Assembly: GCA_964035545.1 (NCBI GenBank)
Contig: OZ037771.1
Coordinates: 13,143,133 to 13,207,132 of the forward strand
From: Bugula neritina
Lineage: Eukaryota; Animalia; Bryozoa
Length of the DNA stretch: 64,000 nt
Direction: 5' to 3'
A program made the translations under genes and the position numbers. This document shows, one piece after another, positions 1 to 11,000 of this stretch (position 1 is its first letter; each line of letters begins with the position of its first letter). The notes beneath the pieces were generated by a model. That model was not told where the DNA came from and made no database searches. It saw only the letters and a program-made list of their open reading frames with translations.

Positions 1-145
1 ATATCTCTTGTATATATACTGTATTATGTAACATATCTCTTGTATATATACTGTATTATGTAACATATATTTCTTGTATATATACTGTATTATGTAACAT
101 ATCTCTTGTATATACACTATACTATATAACATATCTTATGTATAT
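1..145. repeat. 32-bp minisatellite, about 4.5 copies, running into a spectrin acceptor
   Basis: Unit ATATCTCTTGTATATATACTGTATTATGTAAC. Confidence 0.9.
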
Positions 146-151
146 TTTCAG

Positions 152-3100
152 GCACTTCTTGAAGCTCAAGAACAATTCAAAGCTAATCTTTCGACTGCTG
201 AGGCTGATTTTGCTCAACTCGCTGCTTTGGATAAGAAGATTAAAAGCTTCCAGATTGGCCCCAACCCCTACACCTGGTACACGGTAGGTTTATCCACCCC
301 TGTACTTAGTACACTGTATGTGAGTGAGTTATCTCCCATGTATATATACTGTATAGTGAGTTACCTCCAATGTATATATACTGTATAGTGAGTTACCTCC
401 CATGTATATATACTGTATAGTGAGTTATCTCCCCTGTATATACACTGTATGTGTGCAGATGGAATGCCTGGAGGAAACCTGGGCTGAATTGGATAAGATT
501 ATTGGTATAAGAGACAGCAATCTTCAGGTCGAACTGGAGAAACAGATTAAGAATGATGACCTGAGGTTAGTCTACCTTCTAGTATGTAGTGACCCCAGGT
601 CACTGTTACAGTATAACCTGTAGTGACCCCCAGGTCACTGTTTCAGTATAACCTGTAGTGACCCCAGGTCACTGGTACAGTATAACCTGTAGTGACCCCA
701 GGTCACTGTTTCAGTATAACCTGTAGTGACCCCAGGTCACTGGTACAGTATAACCTGTAGTGACCCCAGGTCACTGTTACAGTATAACCTGTAGTGACCC
801 CAGGTCACTGATACTGATAAATATTTCTCAACAGGAAAAGGTTTGCTGACGTGGCCAACTCGTTCCACGGCTGGCTGTACACGACTCGTGTGGAGATGAT
901 GGAGGTGAGCGGGTCGCTGGAGGAGCAGCTGGAGGCCACGAAAGACAAGGCCATCGAGGTGAGAGCACAGAAGGGTAAGCTGAAGAGTGTTGAGGAACTC
1001 GGCGCTGAGATGGAGGAGAAACTGATCCTGGAAAACAGGTGAGAATCACTCAGATGACTCATAACTGAGGTGACTCATCACTCAGATGACTCATAACTGA
1101 TATGACTCATCACTCAGATGACTCATAACTGAGGTGACTCAGTTGAACTTGAAGCTGTGTCTTTGTTAGTAGAGAGTCTGCTTAAAATTGCCTTGTTGCT
1201 GGTATAATTTGGACTTTAAATACCTGTGAGTTTTACTGAGCCAGCCAGCCACCTGGTGGTTATATTGATGTAGTAGGGCTCTTCTGCGTCACTATATATA
1301 TGTGTGATATAGCTTAGTCTGGCCTCTCTTTGAAAGCCTAATATTTGCAAGTATTGTTCTGATTTGTTAATAAAAGAAATTAAATCCCTCTGTATAAGTT
1401 TAGTACTTACCTGTCTGTAAAATGGAATATTTTTCAACCTCTGGTGTGTTTATTCAGATACACTGAGTATTCGACGGTGGGTTTGGCACAGCAGTGGGAT
1501 CAGCTGGACCACCAGGTAATGAGGATGCAGCACAACATAGAGCAGCAGATTCAGGCTAAGAACCAGTCGGGTGTCTCGGAGGACGCCCTCAGGGAGTTCA
1601 GTATGATGTTCAAGTAAGTGGGCTATGGTGCTCTCTGTGTAATATATCTGTGTACATACTGTAGTATATCTGTGTACATACTGTAGTATATCTGTATACA
1701 TACTGTAGTATATCTGTGTACATACTGTAGTATAACTGTATACATACTGTAGTATATCTGTGTACATACTGTAGTATATCTGTATACGTACTGTAGTATA
1801 TCTGTATACATACTGTAGTATATCTGTATACATACTGTAGTATATCTGTGTACATACTGTAGTATATCTGTGTACATACTGTAGTATATCTGTGTACATA
1901 CTGTAGTATATCTGTGTACATACTGTAGTATATCTGTGTACACACTGTAGTATATCTGTGTACATACTGTAGTATATCTGTATACATACTGTAGTATAAC
2001 TGTATACATACTGTAGTATATCTGTGTACATACTGTAGTATATCTGTATACGTACTGTAGTATATCTGTATACATACTGTAGTATATCTGTGTACGTACT
2101 GTAGTATATCTGTATACATACTGTAGTATATATGTGTACGTACTGTAGTATATCTGTGTACGTACTGTAGTATATCTGTATACATACTGTAGTATAACTG
2201 TGTACATACTGTAGTATATCTGTATACATACTGTAGTATATCTGTGTACATACTGTAGTATATCTGTGTACATACTGTAGTATAACTGTATACATACTGT
2301 AGTATAGCTGTATACATACTGTAGTATATCTGTATACATGCTGTAGTATATCTGTATACATGCTGTAGTATAACTGTATACATACTGTAGTATAGCTGTA
2401 TACATACTGTAGTATATCTGTGTACATACTGTAGTATATCTGTGTACATACTGTAGTATATCTGTGTACATACTGTAGTGTATCTGTGTACATACTGTAG
2501 TGTATCTGTGTACATACTGTAGTATATCTATGTACATACTGTAGTATATCTGTATACATACTGTAGTATAACTGTGTACATACTGTAGTGTATCTGTGTA
2601 CATACTGTAGTATATCTATGTACATACTGTAGTATATCTGTATACATACTGTAGTATATCTGTATACATACTGTAGTATATCTGTATACATACTGTAGTA
2701 TATCTGTGTACATACTGTAGTATATCTGTGTACATACTGTAGTATAACTGTATACATACTGTAGTATATCTGTGTACATACTGTAGTATATCTGTGTACA
2801 TACTGTAGTATATCTGTATACATACTGTAGTATATCTGTGTACATACTGTAGTATAACTGTATACATACTGTACTGTAGACATTTCGACAAGGACAAATC
2901 TGGTAAACTGGATCACGTTGAGTTCAAGGCGTGTCTCAGAGCTCTCGGTTACGACCTCCCGATGGTCAACGAAGGAGAAAGTGACCCAGAGTTCCAGGCA
3001 ATACTGGACATGGTAAGTGCTTCCTTACGCTGCCAATGACTCTGTTCTCTTGTGTTGGGTGTTTTATAAATATTCTTTATCAAATTGTCTTTGGAAGTAC

Positions 3101-3854
3101 ATTCATATGAATTTATTCATTCATTTAAATTCTGCTTGTTTGACTAATTATAAAAATATATAACAATATGGAATATATATATAGATTGCTGGATTGTTAG
3201 CAACTAATTCACATTATTACGAGGGTTGTATTTAACCCCCCCCCCCACCACTATTGTTCCATTAAGAACTCATGCTATCATTGCTCTGCTGTAGGTCGAC
3301 CCCAACATGGACGGCTTGGTATCTCTACAAGAGTACATGGCTTTCATGATCTCTAGAGAGACGGAGAACATCCAGTCCATCAGCGATATCATACAAGCCT
3401 TTAGAGCTCTTACACAAAATGCAGAGAAACCGTATATAACGTCTAACGAGATATATGCTGTATGTATATACTTCCTTTTCGTGCAATTTTCTGTCTTTGT
3501 ATTTTTTGATGCATCATCTCATTATATTTGGTTGCTGTGTGTATAGACTGTTATGGGCGTTCTATGTCAATGTCCTGGTATCAGAGGTAATGCTAAGCTA
3601 TTCCTATTATTTAAATTACCTGTTGCAACTGTAAAACTAGATGCGCTTAAATTGTTCAATATCAGTTCGTTGCCATGGGTTCTGCCATTCATAAAATATC
3701 TGTAATTGGTTTGTTTTTTTAACAGAACTTGAGTAAGGAGCAAGCAGATTATTGTCTCTCGCACATGAAACTCTACGCTGACCCCAAGACCGGCAGCGTC
3801 ATCAAAGATACCTACGACTATGAGGAATTTGTGCAGACGCTGTTTAACCAGTAG
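152..3854 (+). CDS. SPTAN1: Alpha-spectrin, last 7 coding exons (5' part outside window)
   Basis: GT-AG exons 152-283, 459-565, 835-1038, 1458-1613, 2880-3012, 3295-3459 and 3726-3854 splice in frame. They give ...[23 protein letters not shown]...[16 protein letters not shown]...[35 protein letters not shown]...[25 protein letters not shown]...[13 protein letters not shown]. This matches the last spectrin repeats and EF-hand C-terminus of non-erythroid alpha-spectrin. Confidence 0.97.
284..458 (+). repeat. 32-bp minisatellite making up a whole spectrin intron
   Basis: Unit GTGAGTTA(T/C)CTCCCATGTATATATACTGTATA, about 5 copies including a degenerate first one. Confidence 0.85.
585..811. repeat. 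34-35-bp minisatellite with internal hairpin, about 6.5 copies
   Basis: Unit TGTAGTGACCCCAGGTCACTG(T/G)TACAGTATAACC. Confidence 0.92.
1037..1141 (+). repeat. 32-bp repeat, about 3 copies, starting at a spectrin donor
   Basis: Unit AGGTGACTCATCACTCAGATGACTCATAACTG. Confidence 0.88.
1643..2879 (+). repeat. 22-bp minisatellite, about 56 copies
   Basis: Unit TATATCTGT(G/A)TACATACTGTAG; fills almost the whole intron 1614-2879. Confidence 0.97.
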
Positions 3855-3991
3855 TTGCTAAGCAACGAACTTTCAGTTGTCTTCTGTAACTCTGTGTTCT
3901 ATTCATTGTAGTCAACTTTAGTTGAAGCTATCTTATTTACTTTCCATGTAGCTTTTGTGATATTTTATTAGTTTTAGCTGCTTAAATACAA

Positions 3992-3997
3992 AATAAA
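3992..3997 (+). promoter_or_regulatory. Candidate polyadenylation signal of alpha-spectrin
   Basis: AATAAA about 140 nt after the stop codon. Confidence 0.5.
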
Positions 3998-5035
3998 TCT
4001 ATTTCATATGCGCCTTTATACTCAGATTCATGATCTCGAATTTAAAATGAAAATATCTCAACATTAGAAAAAGACCAGGACACCAAAAGCAAAACAAAAA
4101 CCGGCGCCATGTTTTTTTTAGTTCTCAGTTTACACAACTGCTTCGCCACTCACTAAAGACGGAATGGCCATGATATCACAATTTACTGGAGGTGTTTTTA
4201 TTAGAAATTATTAGCCATTGATAGCCATTACTAGCTTTGCCGTAACATACACCTTGCTCCTTTTAATTATATTTGATAAACTATTCCTTTGATGTCTATA
4301 TACTTGTGAGTAGATGTAGTAAAGTAAATTGATTACCCTTGATCTAATCAAATGCATTCTACATTGCAGCAACCAATGAAAAAAAGTGTAACATTGTTAA
4401 ACTCATTGATTTTAATTTTCCATTTATACAATATAAAAATGGAAGGAGAATATAGTTTTACATTTGAATATTTACAAAACAAATAATATACATAAATAGT
4501 TGAAAAATATTAATAGTCGAAATGGTAATCCACAAATTTACACAATGATGGGTTTTCTAGTTCAGGTACATGAAATAACTGCAGAAAAGTATAATTAAGA
4601 ATAAAACTAGCCAAAATGGCAATACTTTGGTCTTGTGGCTCGAATAACATATTCTAAGTATTTCCTAGAAGCTACACCAAACAGATCATTTCAATATACA
4701 AAATTCTAGTAAGTAAAAATAGCATCCGCCAAAAATGAAGCTTTGAGCGTTGACGTGACTATATAACAATGGGGTGTATACAGTGGACACATGGATTATA
4801 CGATTGCATAGGCAAAACCTACAACTTATGCCTAGAACATATGAAAAAGAAGGTATACAAAGTATAAGAAGGCCAATAAAATTAGTAAGTAGTAAAAAGA
4901 TATGTACGATAAGGATATCAAGTTTTCAGTACATATTTGTACAAAACTGAATAGACTAATACTGTCGAAAATATACAATAAAACAAGCAAAGTTGAGAAA
5001 TAGTCTTAGTAGCCTTAGCTGTTATGCACAAGAAA

Positions 5036-8000
5036 TCACAATCGGTATTCTCCCTCACTTTCGGTGGCAATGTTGGGGTGCTTGCCCATCATGTGATGTT
5101 GATGGCCTGACCTTGAACCCTGCATAGATCTTGACCTGCTACCGTTAGACTGCAGAGTGCTGACGGAGGGACTGCGGGTGGCAAGGGGCGAGAGAGCCGG
5201 AGTGAAGTTAGGAGAGAAGGCTAAGTTGGAGAAGCTAGACTCGTGACTGACGGGGCTGTGAGGTAGACTAATCATACTGGTGAGTTGGCTGGTGCGAGCT
5301 GAGCTCATCTGCGTCAACTCGTGAGGCCCCGCCCTACTTATGCCCTTATTGTCTATTCTAGGGGGCGCTCCGGTTATTATGGGAGGCGGCCCGCCAAGTT
5401 TTATCTGTGGCTGGGTTCTGATAGAACCGGTTTGTGGAATTGTCTGAACTGGCTTGCGTTTTGGCTGTATGGTTTCGTCTTTGAGCCTAGCAATCTCGGC
5501 AAACACATCGGCTAGGGGCTGGAACTGCGGGCCCCAATTAAGTAGATAATCCCAGTTGTAGGAACCTGTGTTATACATAAAATATTTAATCTGATGCAAT
5601 GTTCAAAATTATGTTCATATCATATACAAGATGTGAAATGAAAATGAAATAATGGACAAGAAATCTACTGACCAGTGAACTCCTCACTGGCATCTGTTAC
5701 GGAGCTGAGGCTACCAATCTGTGCGGGGGCCTCACCGAAGCCCATCTGATTGATATTATCCTCTCCGCCAGCATCTACACCACCCTCTTCTCCTAGATTG
5801 TTGCACAGATTAGAGATATCAAGGGGGTCAGCTTCACCGCCCCCTTCATCTGAGAACTGATGCATCGACTCCACTGATTGGTTCATAGCTTTCTTGTTCC
5901 CACCTAAATTATTAACTTATATACAGGTTCTATATGCAAATGGAATGCACTGGATTATAAACAAATCATTCTGGCATTTAACATGTAAAGATACTGTACT
6001 GCTGATTTCCCATCTAGCCCGACTCACCTATAGTCACATACTGTCTTACTCACCTATAGTCACATACTGCCCGACTCACCTATAGTCACATACTGTCTGA
6101 CTCACCTATAGTCACATACTGTCTTACTCACCTATAGTCACATACTGTCTGACTCACCTATAGTCACATACTGTCTGACTCACCTATAGTGATACACTGT
6201 CTGACTCACCTATAGTCACATACTGTCTGACTCACCTATAGTCACATACTGTCTGACTCACCTATAGTCACATACTGTCTTACTCACCTATAGTCTTGTG
6301 GTCTATCCCAAGTCTAGCCAAGTATTCCTGGTGGTTGCTAGCGGAATGTTCGCTTATTGTGTCAGTGTCTCTCTGTATTCCACTGTCGGGCATCATCTTA
6401 GCCCTCTGGTGAACGTGTAGAGGTACTGTATTTATAGCAGTGATCTCTTCGTCTCCCTCATCGTCGTCAAATTCGGCTGAGCCCCGCCCACTCGACGCAC
6501 ACTGAGATCTGCAATCAGAACACAAAGTTAACAACTCAAACGTCTGTTAAGTTATTTACAGAAATTCAACACTTGAAGTTTCAGTTGATAGAAAATGTAG
6601 AAGTTGCTTCACAAATCACCGAGTGACCAACAAACTATCAACTAGTACTGCATACGGAGCAGGTGATGATTGCTGTCTTGCACTATGAGGTTAGACTGTG
6701 AACTGCATAGATAGCCTAAGTACCTGTCAGTGTCATGTGAAGTACCATACGGAGGGTATGAGCCGTACGGAGGGGGTGCCGTAGAAATAATCCTGCCATA
6801 CGTATCTGCTCTACCGATACTGTCCATGTTGTGGGGCTGGGTGAGCACGGCATTCTGGGGCTCTCTCTTCACATTCTGGCACATTCTCATCCTCATCACT
6901 ACCACCACTATGACCAGCACTATCACAGCTAGACACACCACTGTGATTATGATGATCATATCTCGCATGTTGGGACCTGATGGAAGAGGCAACACCACAG
7001 TAGAACACAGTAAGACACGAAGGGGGGTAGGATGGAGGGTAAAAAGTGTGTTTTGATGTCGATACTGGTAAAACAAATTAATTGAAACCTTGCAAAAATC
7101 CCGTATAAAGAATAGACCGAGTAAACTTGTCATTACCTTTCTGAGTGCCGGGGGCGGCTGTAATGCCCGCCGCGCCTCCCCCAGGCAACACAATGGTAAC
7201 TTCAGTCACGCTGTACTGAGAGTCAGCCTTGCCACTCCAAGCTTTGATTAACAGTCTCTGATTCTCACTTAGAGCTCTTTTGTGTCGAGAGGAAGAAAGT
7301 TGCCGTGAGAGGTCTCGCTTCATTTGGCTAGACTTGGAGGGACTTGAAGAGAGGGGATTTTTGACGGCAATAACACCGCTTTCACGGCTCACATCTAAAG
7401 CACAAGTAGAAGAGTTGATACTCACTGTATTAGTATGACATGTACTCACTGTGTTAGTATGACTATGTACTCACTGTATTAGTGTGACTATGTACTCACT
7501 GTGTTAGTATGACTATGTACTCACTGTATTAGTATGACTATGTACTCACTGTGTTAGTATGACTATGTACTCACTGTGTTAGTATGACTATGTACTCACT
7601 GTATTAGTATAACTATGTACTCACTGTATTAGTATGACTATGTACTCACTGTATTAGTGTGACTATGTACTCACTGTATTAGTATGACTATGTACTCACT
7701 GTATTAGTGTGACTATGTACTCGCTGTATTAGTATGACTATGTACTCACTGTGTTAGTATGACTATGTACTCACTGTGTTAGTATGACTATGTACTCACT
7801 GAGTGTTTATTAAACTATTGACTATGAAATCTACTCACTGAAATAGTACGAATCGTTGAGAAGGGTATACACCACTTTCCCGTAATCTCCGTCATCTGAA
7901 TCGGTGGCCTTGACCTGTCCGATAATGTGACCAACAGGAGCCTTCGATATATCCGGGATCTCAAACTTATAGCTGGGATGAGCGAAAACCGGGGCATGTT

Positions 8001-11000
8001 CATCGAACCTGAAGTCGAGTAGAGAACACAACATTAAAACTAGCCTGGGCTGCATTAGGTGTGAGGTTTGAGGAGCACTCCCAGCACCACCCTGTAGAAA
8101 TTCTGTCTGATGTATGAAAGAAAGCTATGTATTGGAACATGTATAGGAAAACATCTTAAATGAACAAGAAAATTTCTCCCTTGGAAATTAGTTGTCCACT
8201 GGGCCATAAAATCAAAACGTAAACTATAGTAAGAATAAAACATGGAGCATTGAGATATAAACTAAATACTTCTATCAAAAGTTACTAGCTCTAACGTGAA
8301 ATGATTAGTGGAACTGTAGCACAAGCAGGAAGAATTAAACCGCACATAAAGTTTTGAATTAAAATTGAAAAATCAAAGGAGCTATTTCCAAATCGAATGA
8401 ACACTTAGTTTTACAAGAGCACACAGTTGAGAAAGTTCATCTATACTGTAGTACGCGGGCTTTGCTTATTTTTGCAACCAGACGAGATGTATTAATGATG
8501 AAAGGTTTTGGAAAAGTATCACAACAAGGGTTTGAAATCAGGTAAATCTTGGGATAGGCAATTATTAGGATTTTGAAAAAAATTAATCAATTCGCAGAAT
8601 ATTTTGGCAAGATTAAAAAGTTAAAAAAATTTGTACGTAATTTAATTCAGAATTCAGATCTAGCAGCTACTACAGATGTACTCAAACAGCAGATAAAAAA
8701 AGATTCTTCAAAATGACTACTAAATGGAGTTTAAGAAAAGACTCGTGCCTACCTTGTTTCCACTTTAGCGATTTGCACACTGAAATTACACGGTGAAATA
8801 TGAGAAGAAAGAAACAATTTCAACATAAAATAAAACATGTCAGAAAAACATAGTTTGCCAGCGCTAACTAACCTCAATATTTGTATTTGTGCTTGGACTA
8901 CGACAGTGTTTCCTCCAGCGTCTGAGGCCGACACATTGAAAGTGTAGGCCTTCTTTCCGGCATAGCTGAACTCAATGGCTGTGCTGACAACCCCAGTCTG
9001 GGGGTCTATCTTGAAGTTGGGGGCATCTGCCCCGAATATCCTGTACTCTAAGACTCCATATCTGTAAGAATATGCAAGATGGTACAACTCTCTCATTTTT
9101 TTAAAGTGGCAAAGTCTAGTACAGGGGTGCATATACATGCGTACTTAGTTTAGTACATGTGTACTTAGCTCAGTACATGTGTACTTAGCTCAGTACATGT
9201 GTACTTAGTTCAGTACATGCGTACTTAGTTTAGTACATGTGTACTTAGCTCAGTACATGTGTACTTAGTTCAGTACATGTGCACTTAGTTCAGTACATGT
9301 GCACTCAGTTTAGTACTTACTTGCCAGCATCCTCATCTACCGCTCTAGCAGTGAAAACTTTGGTGCCGGAGTCTTGTTTCTCCTTCACCGTCTCCAAGTA
9401 CATGAGAGAGAGAAACCTCGGTTTATTGTCGTTGATATCCGACACGTTTATAAGACATGTGGCAAGCGCAGACTGCCTTGGATTTCCCGAATCCGTTGCT
9501 CGCACCTGAGAAATGAATTCACAATGCAACCCCTGCGAAACCTCAACAATAACACGCTTGGTGCAAATTTCACAGAAAAGAATTTTCAATACAAAATTTC
9601 CTTTGGTCAAAGAGTAAAGTTCACCGAGTTTTTTAGCATTATGAAAGCTACTTGCCAAAACTATTGTCCTGTGATAATTTTCTCAGCACACTTTCAATGT
9701 GCAGTCAATTGAAATATTTAATCTTTTAGTTATCTGTGTTTACTTTTAATAAAAAATTATTCAAGAGGGTGCTAAATATATTATTATTATTAAAAAGTGC
9801 CCCCCCCCCCTCCATCAATTCGAGTTCAATTTGCAATCAACTAAAACTCAGTACTTTTTTAAAAAGGTATAAACGCACCACTAGAGACTTTTTGGTCTTA
9901 GAATATTACCTGTAGCCTGTGATCTTGCTTAGTGTCATAATCGAGTGTCTTAGCGGGAGCCAGGCTAATCACACCCGTCTGCTGGTTTATCTGGAAGAGA
10001 CCGTCATCGTTACCGGATGTGATCATGAACTCTATGACGGCGTTATCACCAATATCCTTGTCAGTCGCCTGCACTTGGAGAATCTCGGAGCCAGCTGTGG
10101 ACATACAGACAGTATTCAAATAACAGTATAGAACTCATAATTTCTGTTGTTTACAGACAGACGTACAGACAGACATACAGACAGACATCTCTTTATATCA
10201 AACCATCACATCTACCACAGATTGCATTTACCTGTTATATTTTCTGGTACATTGGCTTGTATGAGGGGTACTTTAGAAATCGGATCAACTGGCATGTCAG
10301 GATTAGAGAAAACGGGAGGCCAGTCGTTGAAATCATCAACTGAGATGGTCACCTAAAACAAACATTCATTAATGTTACAAGAACTACTAACAATAGAACA
10401 GAAACTTGAAAGCCCAAACATACCAAAAGAATAACATCATTTTTTTCCCTAGATATTTGGACAAGTTTGAAATCAGCTTGTCTTTATGGAACAATTTTCT
10501 TTTGTGCTTAAAAATTAAAATGTAGCAGAAAGAGAATCTGAAAAGACATGTTATATAGGACCAAAGGGGTGGAGAGAGACTGAGCAGAGGGGAGAGAGAC
10601 TGAGCAGAGGGGGAGAGAGACTGGCCAGAGAGGGACCGAGCAGAGGAAAACTGACCAGAGTGGTGGTGTTGCGGGAAGGAGTGCCTCCGTCTGCTGCCAT
10701 GATGGTCAGCTGATAAGTGTCCACAGACTCACGGTCCAACTCGTTCTTCAAGACAATGCTGCCGATGTTGACTTCCTGGTTCTCGATGCTGAACATGTTG
10801 TCTTCGTTACCTCCGACAATAAAGAACTCGATTCTCTTGTTGTCAGGGCTGTCGTCTGCGTCGGATGCCGAGAGAGACAGCACAGTCACACCTGAAAGTG
10901 GTGAGTCACACATTACATGGCGGCCATCTTGGTGCCTTGAAACTCGACGCCAAGCAAGTTGTTATGGCGGAGTGAAACACTCTATTGAAGTGGCTCTTTC

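Noticed and set aside
1450-2916. Long minus-strand ORFs (488, 326 and 301 aa) of [22 protein letters not shown] repeats
   Set aside because: Artefact of a 22-bp unit lacking stops on that strand. They are open in all three frames and antisense to a spectrin intron.
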